Below are positions 16,955 to 26,650 of a stretch of 64,000 nucleotides of DNA, in pieces. Source of the stretch: Myxococcota bacterium (lineage in GTDB: Bacteria; Myxococcota_A; UBA9160; SZUA-336); assembly GCA_965247115.1 (NCBI GenBank), contig CBDFGR010000003.1, forward strand, positions 2,496,001 through 2,560,000, written 5' to 3'. A model generated the notes under the pieces. That model ran no database searches. It was not told the DNA's origin and was given only the letters and a program-made list of their open reading frames with translations. The position numbers and the translations under genes are program-made. The stretch's first letter is position 1. Every line of letters begins with the position of its first letter.

Positions 16955-17719
16955 TCAGCTCGCCAGGGCCTCTTCCAGGAACGTACACACGGCTGCGTTG
17001 AAGGCTTCTGGCTGGTCGATGTTCGACGCGTGACCCGCGTCGTCGATCATGACGTGAGTCGAGCGAGGGATCTTCCCGGCCATGTACTTCGTGGCTGCAT
17101 GGAAGGGGCGATCCTCGGCTCCGACCAGGACCAGGCTCGGGACCTCGATGCCCGGCAAGGACTCGATCACCCGCGCGTCGAACTGTTTGAGCGTGCCCCG
17201 GGCCGCCAGCGCGAGTCCCGTCGCGGAACGATGCTGGCTGATCCTCACCTCGGCGCCGTCTCCCAGAGCCTCGAGCCCCTTCTTCTCGAGGGCGCGGGCG
17301 CGCGACTCCGCGCTGTCGTTCCAGCCCTCCCGGGCCGCGTCGTTCTTGTAGCCGGGGCCCGTGTCGAAGAGCATGAGCGCCAGAACCCGCTCCGGGTACG
17401 CAAGGTGGAAGGCGAGCGAGAGGTAGCCACCGAGAGAGAGTCCTCCCACCACGGCACGCTCGATCTCACAGTGATCGAGGAGCGCCGCCATGTCGGCGAC
17501 AGCCTCGGTCTCCGCGTAGGCCGCAACGTCCGCCGGACTGTCGCTCTGACCGTGGCCCCGAATATCCCAGCTGACGACGCGGTAGTCGTCCGCAAGGGCC
17601 TCGACCTGGCCGCGCCACATACGAGAGGTGGCGGAGTAGCCGTGACTCAACAGCAGCGCCGGACCGTGGCCGTGGTCTTCGTAGTAGATGCGGACCCCGT
17701 TGCGCTCGATCTCAGCCAT
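16955..17719 (-). CDS. alpha/beta fold hydrolase
   Basis: HG, D.RGHGQS, GLSLGG nucleophile elbow, GHASN. Confidence 0.9.
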   Translation of the reverse strand: MAEIERNGVRIYYEDHGHGPALLLSHGYSATSRMWRGQVEALADDYRVVSWDIRGHGQSDSPADVAAYAETEAVADMAALLDHCEIERAVVGGLSLGGYLSLAFHLAYPERVLALMLFDTGPGYKNDAAREGWNDSAESRARALEKKGLEALGDGAEVRISQHRSATGLALAARGTLKQFDARVIESLPGIEVPSLVLVGAEDRPFHAATKYMAGKIPRSTHVMIDDAGHASNIDQPEAFNAAVCTFLEEALAS

Positions 17720-18464
17720 GCTGCGTCTCCATCTTCCGCTCGCTGAACAGATTCCCCGCTCTCCACTTCTCTACGAACTCACCCATGCTCGTGAAGCTCA
17801 CGTCGCGCTCGCGCATGTGTCGGATCAGCTTCTCGAGCATGAGCAGCCGGTGGCCCCGGCCGATTACCTGCGGATGCATTGTCAGCGTGTACACGCCCGC
17901 CCCGAGCTTGTGCCACGAGAACGGCACCTCCACCAGGTCGACCTCGTGCCCGAACACGTAGGGGGCGTCCACCGGGGCCTGGTGGCCGACGCGGCAGTAG
18001 TAGGGCGAAAAATCGTCCGCCATCATGCTGCTGTCGTAGGAGAAGCCGTACTCGACGAGCAGCCCGAGCGTGTTCTCGCTGAAGCTCCCTGACGGACAGC
18101 GGTAGCCCTGCGGCGAGACCCCGGTGAGCCCCTCGATCAGGGCGATCCCCCGCTCCAGGATGCTTCGCTCGTCTGCCAGCTCGAGCGGCCTGGGATCCTC
18201 GTGGCAGTAGCCGTGGTGCCCGACCTCGTGTCCCTCCGCGACGATTCGCTCGGCCGCGGCGGGGAACGCCTCGATCGTGTGCCCTGGCACGAACCACGTG
18301 GAGCGGATCCCGTACTCCTTCAGCAGATCGAGAAAGCGCAGCGCGCCGACGCGACCGAACTCGCCCCGCGAGAGCGCGTTCGGGGACATCGTCCGGAAGC
18401 CTGCGATCCACGATGACATGGCATCGAAGTCGAAACTCAGGCAGACATGAACGCCGTCGACCAC
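17712..18464 (-). CDS. polysaccharide deacetylase (NodB/PgdA-like), possibly internally deleted
   Basis: SFDFD, TWFVPG, HGYCHE, GYRCP, YDSSMM, TMHPQVIGR. Confidence 0.85.
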   Translation of the reverse strand: MVDGVHVCLSFDFDAMSSWIAGFRTMSPNALSRGEFGRVGALRFLDLLKEYGIRSTWFVPGHTIEAFPAAAERIVAEGHEVGHHGYCHEDPRPLELADERSILERGIALIEGLTGVSPQGYRCPSGSFSENTLGLLVEYGFSYDSSMMADDFSPYYCRVGHQAPVDAPYVFGHEVDLVEVPFSWHKLGAGVYTLTMHPQVIGRGHRLLMLEKLIRHMRERDVSFTSMGEFVEKWRAGNLFSERKMETQHG

Positions 18465-18482
18465 TCGTCCTCCTGCCGGAGA

Positions 18483-19280
18483 TTATAAAGGAGGCAGGCC
18501 CTCGTCTTCGCGGAACTCGAGGAAGTGAGCGTCGATCCTGTGCACCAGCGTGAACTCCGGGGGCGCGATCTCCTCGAGCAGCGCCGCGTGCTCGAGATCG
18601 AAGGCCCGCACCTGCTCGTCGGAAAGCGAGGCACCGATGCCGCGCAACGCGCGCATCCGCCCCCGCCACGAAAGACGGCTGAAGGGAATCGCCTCGTCAT
18701 AGGCAAAGAACGCGCGCACGTTGAACGCGTCTCGCGACCAGCGCGGATGCGCCGGAACGCGACCATCCCAGTCGACACCGCTCCAGTCCGGGTTGTACTC
18801 GAGCACGAGCCGCTCCGAGGCCTGCGCGATCGCGCTTCGGCGGGGCAGGTAGCTGAAGTGAGAGGTGACCAGGCGGCCCCCTGGTGCCAGTACCCGCCGC
18901 ACCTCTGGAATCGCTCTGGCCAGGTCGAAGTAGAGCCAGCACTGATTCGCGCAGACGACGTCGAAGCTCGCCTTCGCGAACGGGAGCTCCTCGGCGGGCG
19001 CACGGCACAGGCCGATCTCCAGATCCTGTTCACGGGCAAGCGATCGCGCCGCCGCGAGCTGACGTGCGGAGACGTCGACTCCCGCTACCCGGGACTTCCC
19101 GAAGGCGAACGTCCGCGCGAGTTCGCCCGTCCCGGTACCGAGATCCAGGATGCGCTGGCCTGGCCGACCGACACCAAGTGCGAGCAGCCTGGCGTAGAAG
19201 CTTGGCGGAGGTCCCGGTCGATGGCTCGCGTAGTCCTCGGAGGTCTTCCCCCAGTCGATGGATCTACCGCGGTCGATCAC
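18483..19280 (-). CDS. class I SAM-dependent methyltransferase
   Basis: ILDLGTGTG, AEELPF..FDVV, LAPGG. Confidence 0.9.
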   Translation of the reverse strand: MIDRGRSIDWGKTSEDYASHRPGPPPSFYARLLALGVGRPGQRILDLGTGTGELARTFAFGKSRVAGVDVSARQLAAARSLAREQDLEIGLCRAPAEELPFAKASFDVVCANQCWLYFDLARAIPEVRRVLAPGGRLVTSHFSYLPRRSAIAQASERLVLEYNPDWSGVDWDGRVPAHPRWSRDAFNVRAFFAYDEAIPFSRLSWRGRMRALRGIGASLSDEQVRAFDLEHAALLEEIAPPEFTLVHRIDAHFLEFREDEGLPPL

Positions 19281-19283
19281 GGA

Positions 19284-20129
19284 CTATGGAGCGAGACGGT
19301 AGGCGTCTCCATCGCGGACGATGCGACCGGCCGTCGGCGCAACGAAGTGGGTTCCGATCACGAGGACCGGCTGATCCGCGTAGCGGCGCAGGAAGTCACC
19401 GCGCGTTTCCCGGCTCTGATCCTGGTCGTAGTCGACGGCGCTCGACCAGTCCGGCTTCGCGATCTGACAGGGGTGGTGGATCATGTCGCCGGTGATCACG
19501 GCGTCCTCGCCGGCCGAGCGGATCCGCACGCTCACGTGGCCCGGAGTGTGGCCGGGAGTCGGCTCAAGCCAGACCTCGTCTGTCAGCTTGTGATCCATCT
19601 CGACCAGATCCGCGAGCCCCGCGTCGACGATGGGCAGCACGGAGTCGCTGACAACGAGGCCGAAGTCCTCGGGCGCGTCCTTCCAGTACTCCCACTCCTT
19701 GCGGGCGAACAGGTAGCGCGCGTTCGGGAACGTGGGCACCCACTTCTCGTCCACCTTCATCGTGTTCCAGCCCACGTGGTCCACGTGGAGGTGGGTGCAG
19801 AGCACGAAGTCCACCGCCTCGCGCGGAGCTCCCGCCTCGTCCAGGTCGCGCAGGAACGGTCCCGAGAGCATGTTGAATGCTCGGTACGGCCGCTCCTTGT
19901 CGTTTCCAAGGCAAGTGTCGACTACGATGCGTCGGCCTCCTGACTCGACCAGGAGCGCATTGATCGAGAAGAGCAGCCGCCCCTCGGCGTCAAGGAAGTG
20001 CGGCGAGAGCCAGGGGATCGCCCTGACGAGCTCCGGCGTCGCCTGCGGCAGAACCATGCTGCCGATCGAAGCGGTCTCGAGCTCGACCACCTGCGTGATC
20101 GTGACGTCTCCTACGTTCCAGCGCAGCAT
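19284..20129 (-). CDS. MBL-fold metallo-hydrolase
   Basis: THLHVDHVGW, PGHTPGH, GDMIH, GTHF; ATG 20129 after GGGAGG. Confidence 0.92.
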   Translation of the reverse strand: MLRWNVGDVTITQVVELETASIGSMVLPQATPELVRAIPWLSPHFLDAEGRLLFSINALLVESGGRRIVVDTCLGNDKERPYRAFNMLSGPFLRDLDEAGAPREAVDFVLCTHLHVDHVGWNTMKVDEKWVPTFPNARYLFARKEWEYWKDAPEDFGLVVSDSVLPIVDAGLADLVEMDHKLTDEVWLEPTPGHTPGHVSVRIRSAGEDAVITGDMIHHPCQIAKPDWSSAVDYDQDQSRETRGDFLRRYADQPVLVIGTHFVAPTAGRIVRDGDAYRLAP

Positions 20130-20306
20130 GAATCCTCCCTTTCGATGAGCGACGGAAGTCGCCCGAGTATACTCCGCCGGACCGGGTCCGCAGTCGTCGG
20201 ACAGGGTCCGCAGTCGCCCGACGGAATCCGCAGTCGCCGGACGGAATCGCGTGGGGGTTCGCGAGTCGCGTAGACTACCGCCGGGAACAACACGCGAGGG
20301 TACGCG

Positions 20307-22760
20307 GTGGAGCGAGAAGGTCCTCTGCATGGGACGCGGGTCATCGATGCTGCGACGGCCCGAGCTGAGCTGACGGGGCGGATCCTGGCCGACCTGGGTG
20401 CCGAGGTCATCAAGGTCGAGCCGCCCGGCGGAGCAGCGGCGAGAAATCTGCCGCCGTTCGAGCGAGGCCGCGAAGGAGATCCGGAGGCCTCGCTCTATTG
20501 GGCGGCGCTGGGTCTCGGCAAGCGCAGTGTGGTGCTGGACATTGAGCGAGACGCGGACCGCGAGCGCCTGAAGCAACTGCTCGCAAGCGCCGACATCTTC
20601 ATCGAATCCTTCGATCCCGGCGCGCTCGACGCGCTCGGCCTGGGCTACTCGGCGCTCGGTGAGCTGAATCCCGCTCTGGTGCACGTCTCCGTCACGCCGT
20701 TCGGCCAGGACGGTCCGCAGGCGGCGACTCCGGCGACGGAGCTCACGCTGGAGGCGGCAGGGGGGCTGATCGGCCTGCAGGGAGACCGCGATCGACCGCC
20801 GCTTCCGCTGGGACTGCCGCAGGCCGCATTCCACGCCGGCGCGCAGGCCGCCGCCGACGCGGTGGTGGCACTCCACGCCGCCAGGCAAAGCGGAGCGGGA
20901 CAGCACCTCGACGTCTCGATGCAGGCGGCGATCGTCTGGACCCTGATGAACGCCACGGGCTACCCGCCCAACACGGGCGGAAATCCGCCCAGCACGAGTG
21001 AGTTCCGCGGCGATCCGCTACCGGAGATCCTCCCGGGGCTGACCCTCCCGCACCAGCTCGACTTCGCCGACGGCACGGCCTTCGTGGGTCTGGGCCTGCC
21101 CCTCGTCGGGTGGCGCACGTTCCACTTCCTCATGCGCTTGGCGGAAGATAAGAACGCCCTTCCGGACGAGCTGCGCGGCATCGACTGGCAGAACTGGGTT
21201 GCGGACGTGATGGAGGGAAAGCTCACCAGGGAGCAGGTCGCACGTGCACTCGAGGTACTACTCGCGTTCCTGCGTGGGCAGCGGCGAGCCGAGCTCCTGG
21301 AGGCAGCCATCGATACCAAGCTCCTGCTGGCGCCGATCCTGACGATCGCGGATCTGCGCGCAGACCCTCAGCTCGCAGCGCGTGACTACTGGACACGCGT
21401 GGGCGAGCGGGATCACCCGGGTCCGTTCGCCAGACTCTCGCTCACTCCGGTCCGACTCGCGACACCCGCGCCCCGACTCGGGGAAGCACAGGCGCTGCTG
21501 GACTCGCCAGCGCCAACTCCGCGGAAGCGCGGCTCTGCGACGGTTTCTCGACAGGACGGCACATATTCCGGCCTCAAGGTGGCAGACTTCGCATGGGTCG
21601 GAGTGGGACCCATGATCAGCAAGACACTGGCGGACCACGGGGCGACTGTCGTGCACGTGGAATCGAGCTCGCGCCTGGACGTGCTCCGACAGCTGCCCCC
21701 CTTCAAGGATTCGGAACCGGGCGCTGACCGCTCCCAGTTCATGGCGAACTTCAACACGTCGAAGCTCGGCATGTCGCTCGATCTCTCGACGGACGGCGGC
21801 CGGCAGCTGGCGCGCCGGCTGGTCGACTGGGCGGACGTGGTCGTAGAGAGCTTCACGCCGGGCAACATGAAGAAGTTCGGACTCGACTACCAGACCCTGT
21901 CACGCGAGCGCAGCGATCTCGTGATGGTCAGTACGTGCCTGCGCGGACAAACGGGACCGCAGGCAACCTATGCCGGGTTCGGCAACCAGGGTGCCGCCAT
22001 GGCGGGCTTCGTGGGGATCACGGGTTGGCCGGACCGAGCACCGTGCGGGCCGTGGGGCGCGTACACGGACTTCATAGCGCCGCGCTTTGGCAATGCCGCC
22101 CTCGCCTCCGCCCTGCTCCACAGAGCTGACACCGGAGAGGGTCAGCACATCGACCTGTCTCAGATCGAGGCGGCCATCCACTTCCTTGAGCCGCTGGCGC
22201 TGGACTACACGGTGAATGGCCGGATCGCGGGGCCGATCGGGTACGGCTCGAGCACGGCCTGCCCGCACGGAATCTACGCGGCTGCGGGCGTCGAGCGCTA
22301 CGTCGCAATCGCCGTCGAGACACCCGGGCAATGGGACGCTCTCCGCTCCGTCGCGGACCTCCGCGGTCTGCCGGATGAGGGGCTCAGCACGCTCGACGGT
22401 CGCATCGCAAAGAGAGACGCCATCGACGCAGCGCTCGCCGAGTGGTGTCGAGAGCGCGAGCCCTTCGCTCTTGCTCGCAGCCTGCAGTTCGCCGGCGTTC
22501 CTGCCTACGTCGTGATGCGCCCCACAGACCTCTACGAGGACGCCCAGCTCGCCCATCGCGGGTTCTTCGTAACTCTTGATCACAGCTCGATGGGTCCGAC
22601 GCCGTACGATGGGCCGGTGACCCACTTCTCTGGCACGCCCGCCCGGCTACGCCGGCCAGCCCCGTGCCTCGGCGAGCACACCGAGTATGTGCTGCGCGAT
22701 GTGCTCGGCGTCACGGAAGACGAGATGAGCGAGTACGCGATTCAGGGCGCCTTGACCTAG
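20307..22760 (+). CDS. fused two-domain class III CoA-transferase (CaiB/BaiF)
   Basis: Two repeats of LAD.GA.V..VE, KRS/KLG..LD, AD...ESF.PG, G.GQH.D.S, AP.LGE. Confidence 0.92.
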   Translation: MEREGPLHGTRVIDAATARAELTGRILADLGAEVIKVEPPGGAAARNLPPFERGREGDPEASLYWAALGLGKRSVVLDIERDADRERLKQLLASADIFIESFDPGALDALGLGYSALGELNPALVHVSVTPFGQDGPQAATPATELTLEAAGGLIGLQGDRDRPPLPLGLPQAAFHAGAQAAADAVVALHAARQSGAGQHLDVSMQAAIVWTLMNATGYPPNTGGNPPSTSEFRGDPLPEILPGLTLPHQLDFADGTAFVGLGLPLVGWRTFHFLMRLAEDKNALPDELRGIDWQNWVADVMEGKLTREQVARALEVLLAFLRGQRRAELLEAAIDTKLLLAPILTIADLRADPQLAARDYWTRVGERDHPGPFARLSLTPVRLATPAPRLGEAQALLDSPAPTPRKRGSATVSRQDGTYSGLKVADFAWVGVGPMISKTLADHGATVVHVESSSRLDVLRQLPPFKDSEPGADRSQFMANFNTSKLGMSLDLSTDGGRQLARRLVDWADVVVESFTPGNMKKFGLDYQTLSRERSDLVMVSTCLRGQTGPQATYAGFGNQGAAMAGFVGITGWPDRAPCGPWGAYTDFIAPRFGNAALASALLHRADTGEGQHIDLSQIEAAIHFLEPLALDYTVNGRIAGPIGYGSSTACPHGIYAAAGVERYVAIAVETPGQWDALRSVADLRGLPDEGLSTLDGRIAKRDAIDAALAEWCREREPFALARSLQFAGVPAYVVMRPTDLYEDAQLAHRGFFVTLDHSSMGPTPYDGPVTHFSGTPARLRRPAPCLGEHTEYVLRDVLGVTEDEMSEYAIQGALT

Positions 22761-22770
22761 GACTCGCGCA

Positions 22771-23958
22771 TCAGCGCACCTTGTCCTGGGGGACGTCGAA
22801 CTTGAACACCCGCGCGGCGTTCAGGCCAAGGATCTTGGCGCGCTCCTCGTCGGTCAGGTGACTCATGGTGCGCTCGATAGCGGCAGCCGAGTGCGGCCAC
22901 GTGCCCTCGTGGTGCGGGTAGTCGTTCGCCCACATGAAGTTGTCCACGAGCTCGTGCTCCCTCGCCAGGTTGAGCCCCGGAGGGTCCTCTCCGAACGTCG
23001 CAAAGCCGTTCCGCTTGAAGTACTCGCTCGGCAGCAGCTCGAGCCTGGGCCGAACGAACATGTGGTGCTTCACGTAGGCCTCGTCCATCGCGCAGAGCGC
23101 CCAGGCCACCCAGCCGATACCGGCCTCTACCGAGCCGAAGCGGAGCTTTGGATAGCGCTCCACAACACCCGAGGCGCACAGGTTCGCGATCGGCTCCATC
23201 GTGGGCGCGAGCGAGTGGACCGCGTAGTTGATCACGGCGCCCCCATTTCCTCGCGACGTGCGCGGATCACGACCCGTCGATACATGGAATGTGATCGGAA
23301 GGTCCACGTCCTGGATGGCAGCCCACAGCGGATCAAACTCCGGCAGGTTGTAGTTCGAATGCTCCCAGTCCGGGGGACCAAAGACCGGCTTGCAGGGCAG
23401 CGTCAGCCCTCGGAAGCCCAGCTTGGCGACCCGCTGGATCTCCTCGATTGCAGGCTCGACGTCGCCCGAAGCGATCGCCGCCATGGGCGAGAGGCAGTCG
23501 TTGTACGGACCGTAGGTCTCCCAGGCCCAGTCGTTCCACACCCGACACATGGCGAGCGAGAACGCAGCGTCCTGCGTCGCCCACATCATGAGGCCCTTGT
23601 TCGGGAACATGATCTCCGCGTCGATCCCGTCACGGGCGTGGTCGCGCAGACGTTCCTCCGGGGTTCTGCCCGTACGGTTCCGCTCGAGGTCCTCGCCTTC
23701 GAATTTCACGTTGCGTATCCGCACCGGGCGAAAGCCTTCGGTCTTCTGGAACTGCTTGCCTTCCGCGCCCGGTACGATGCCCGGCAGGCGCTCCTGGTAC
23801 TTCGGATCCATACGTTCGCGCCACAGATCGGCTGGCTCATTCGCGTGGCAGTCTGCCGAGACCATGAAGTACTTGTGCGGATCGTCAGCCTGTGCCGTGC
23901 GCTCCCACCCGGCTCTACCTGGGGTTTCTGTTCTCCAAGCGTTCGGATCCGTACTCAT
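22771..23958 (-). CDS. amidohydrolase_2 family metal-dependent hydrolase
   Basis: SADCH, TFH, VEAGIGW, WANDYPH. Confidence 0.9.
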   Translation of the reverse strand: MSTDPNAWRTETPGRAGWERTAQADDPHKYFMVSADCHANEPADLWRERMDPKYQERLPGIVPGAEGKQFQKTEGFRPVRIRNVKFEGEDLERNRTGRTPEERLRDHARDGIDAEIMFPNKGLMMWATQDAAFSLAMCRVWNDWAWETYGPYNDCLSPMAAIASGDVEPAIEEIQRVAKLGFRGLTLPCKPVFGPPDWEHSNYNLPEFDPLWAAIQDVDLPITFHVSTGRDPRTSRGNGGAVINYAVHSLAPTMEPIANLCASGVVERYPKLRFGSVEAGIGWVAWALCAMDEAYVKHHMFVRPRLELLPSEYFKRNGFATFGEDPPGLNLAREHELVDNFMWANDYPHHEGTWPHSAAAIERTMSHLTDEERAKILGLNAARVFKFDVPQDKVR

Positions 23959-24047
23959 CGTGTCCTCTCATAGACGCTGACGCGTGATGTCTGACTCGCG
24001 GTAGGTGGTATTCTAGCGCGATTCGATCGCCACGCTGGGACCCGCCG

Positions 24048-25421
24048 ATGGCCACGGAGCTCTACCTCTCGTCCGCAACGTCCCTTGCAAAATCGATCGC
24101 CGCTCGCTCCCTGTCTTCGGAGGAGGTGGTCCGCGCCTTCCTGGAGCGTATCGAGGCGGTCAACACTGAGCTCAACGCCGTGGTGCAGCTCGCGAGCGAG
24201 CGGGCCCTCGCGGAAGCGCGGGCCGCGGATGCAGCGCTCGCCCGGGGACAGAGCCTTGGCCCACTCCACGGTGTGCCGATGACCATCAAGGATTCCCTCG
24301 ACACTGAAGGCGTCATCTCGACGGGTGGAACCAAAGGGCGCGCCGCCTACGTCGCGGTGCGAGACGCCAGCGTCGTTGCCCGGCTGCGAGCGGCCGGCGC
24401 CATTCTGCTTGGCAAGACGAACACGCCTGAGCTCACCCTCTCGTTTGAGACGAACAACGCGATCTACGGCCGGACGAGCAACCCCTACGACCTGGCGCGG
24501 ACCTCCGGCGGCAGTAGCGGAGGGGCCGCCGCCATCGTCGCGGCGGGGGGCTCCCCGTTCGACATCGGCAGCGACTTCGGGGGGAGCATCCGCCTCCCCG
24601 CACACTGCTGCGGTATCGCAGGGATCAAGCCGAGCTCGGGACGCGTCCCCCGAACGGGCCACATCTACCCGTTTGGCGGAATCCTGGACTCGTTCCAGCA
24701 GATCGGCCCGCTGGCCCGCAGCGTCGAAGATCTCGCGTTGCTGCTGCCGCTCATCTCCGGACCGGACTGGATCGACCCGATGATCGTGCCGATGCCACTC
24801 GGCGACCCGAACGAGGTCGCGCTCCCGGAGCTCCGCGTCGCGTTCCACACCGACAACGGGGTCGCGACGCCCACGCAGGAGATCGTCGAGGCGATCCGGA
24901 GCGCCGGCCGGGCAGTCGGGGAAACGGGCGCTCACGTGGAGGAGGTCCGACCTCCGGGGATCGACGAGAGCTACGAGATCGCCTCGAACCTCTTCTCGGC
25001 CGACGGGGGCGCGGCCAGCCGGCGACTGCTCGCGGCGGCCGGGACCGAGGATTCGAGCCTGGGCGATCGGGGCGAAGCGCTCTCCCCGGTCGAACGCGAT
25101 GCCCTGCACAACCGCTGGGATCGCTTCCGCAGCAGCATGCTCTCGTTCCTCGCGGACTGGGACGTGCTTCTGTCGCCCGTCAACGCCAACCCGGCGCTTC
25201 CGCACGGCGAGTCAATGGCGGAAGGGTTGGCCGGCTTCAGCTACACCATGACCTACAACCTGCTGGGCTGGCCCGGCACCGTCGTGCGCGGGGGTACCTC
25301 CCCGGATGGACTCCCGATCGGTGTTCAGATCGTGAGCCGTCCCTGGCGCGAGGACGTGGGCTTAGCCGTCGCGAGTCACCTGGAGCAAGCACTCGGCGGC
25401 TTTCGTCCTCCCCCACTGTAA
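24048..25421 (+). CDS. amidase signature family protein
   Basis: IKD, GKTNTPE, GGSSGG, GSDFGGSIRLPA. Confidence 0.95.
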   Translation: MATELYLSSATSLAKSIAARSLSSEEVVRAFLERIEAVNTELNAVVQLASERALAEARAADAALARGQSLGPLHGVPMTIKDSLDTEGVISTGGTKGRAAYVAVRDASVVARLRAAGAILLGKTNTPELTLSFETNNAIYGRTSNPYDLARTSGGSSGGAAAIVAAGGSPFDIGSDFGGSIRLPAHCCGIAGIKPSSGRVPRTGHIYPFGGILDSFQQIGPLARSVEDLALLLPLISGPDWIDPMIVPMPLGDPNEVALPELRVAFHTDNGVATPTQEIVEAIRSAGRAVGETGAHVEEVRPPGIDESYEIASNLFSADGGAASRRLLAAAGTEDSSLGDRGEALSPVERDALHNRWDRFRSSMLSFLADWDVLLSPVNANPALPHGESMAEGLAGFSYTMTYNLLGWPGTVVRGGTSPDGLPIGVQIVSRPWREDVGLAVASHLEQALGGFRPPPL

Positions 25422-25482
25422 GCCCAGCCTTCGATCAAGGCGCCGCCTGCCCGCCGTAGGGCTGATACACTCCGTCCGACGT

Positions 25483-26553
25483 ATGGAGCTTTGGATGCTC
25501 ACGACTTCGTCGGGGCGCTCGATCGCCGGCACCGCCGAGCGCGCGGAGGCTGCCGGTTGGCACGGACTGGCGGTCGTGGACTCCCAGAACCTGGCGGGGG
25601 ACTCGTACGTCGCGCTCACGATCGCGGCCTCCCACTCCGAGACCCTCGGTCTGGGCACTGCGGTGACGAATCCCGTGACGCGCCACCCGGCGGTCACCGC
25701 CGGCGCAATCGCCAGCGTGCAGCTCTGCTCGGGCGGCCGCGCAACGCTCGGCATCGGCCGCGGAGACTCGTCGCTCGCGCATCTGGGCCGTGCCCCCGCC
25801 CGCGTCCGCACGCTCGAGAAGTACGTGGCAACCTTGCAGGCATATCTGCGCGGCGAAGCGGTGCCCTTCGCCGAGCTCGACTTTCACGAGCGCGCCGCGC
25901 CCGCTGTCGAGGACCTCGGCCTCGCGGATACTCCGGACACGAGCCGCCTGCCCTGGATCGACGGCTCCCTCCCAAAGGTCCCCGTCGAGGTGGCCGCGAC
26001 GGGGCCCAAGGTGATCGCTGCGGCCGCCCGGACCGCGGATCGGATCATGTTCGCGCTCGGCGCGGAGCCCGAGAGACTGCTGTGGGGCATTCAGATCGCG
26101 CGCGACGCTCGCAAGGAAGCGGGGCTGGATCCCGATGGGATCTCCTTCGGGGCCTACGTGAACGCCGTCACCCACCCCGACCTCGCGATCGCGCACAAGC
26201 TCGTGAGCGGCGGGCTCACAACGTTCGCGCGCTTCTCCGTCATGCACGGCTCCGTGGTCGGGCCCGTTGGCGAGGAGCAGCGCAGGGTCCTCGAGGCGAT
26301 CCACGCCACGTACGACATGCGGCAGCACACCCGAGCGGGCTCCCCGCAGACTGAGCACCTGACACCCGAGTTCATCGAGCGCTACGCCATCGTAGGGTCG
26401 TCACAGAACTGTGTCGAGCGTTTGCGCGACCTGGAGACAATCGGGCTCGAGCGCTTGATCGTGATCGGACCCGGCGGTGGAGCGGATCGGGACGAGGCGC
26501 GCCGGGCCCAGCGCCACTTCGCAGACGAGGTGCTCCCGGCGCTGCGCAGCTGA
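25483..26553 (+). CDS. LLM-class (luciferase-like) flavin/F420-dependent oxidoreductase
   Basis: DSQNL, GTAVTNPVTRHP, GGRATLGIGRGD, AATGPK. Confidence 0.9.
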   Translation: MELWMLTTSSGRSIAGTAERAEAAGWHGLAVVDSQNLAGDSYVALTIAASHSETLGLGTAVTNPVTRHPAVTAGAIASVQLCSGGRATLGIGRGDSSLAHLGRAPARVRTLEKYVATLQAYLRGEAVPFAELDFHERAAPAVEDLGLADTPDTSRLPWIDGSLPKVPVEVAATGPKVIAAAARTADRIMFALGAEPERLLWGIQIARDARKEAGLDPDGISFGAYVNAVTHPDLAIAHKLVSGGLTTFARFSVMHGSVVGPVGEEQRRVLEAIHATYDMRQHTRAGSPQTEHLTPEFIERYAIVGSSQNCVERLRDLETIGLERLIVIGPGGGADRDEARRAQRHFADEVLPALRS

Positions 26554-26650
26554 GCATGGGAGCTCCCCCGGTGCGGCGCTGAGAAATCTCTCGGCCGTAC
26601 GAGGCTCCCGAGTCGGGCTACTCCGAGAGATAGCGCTCCGAATCGTCCGC

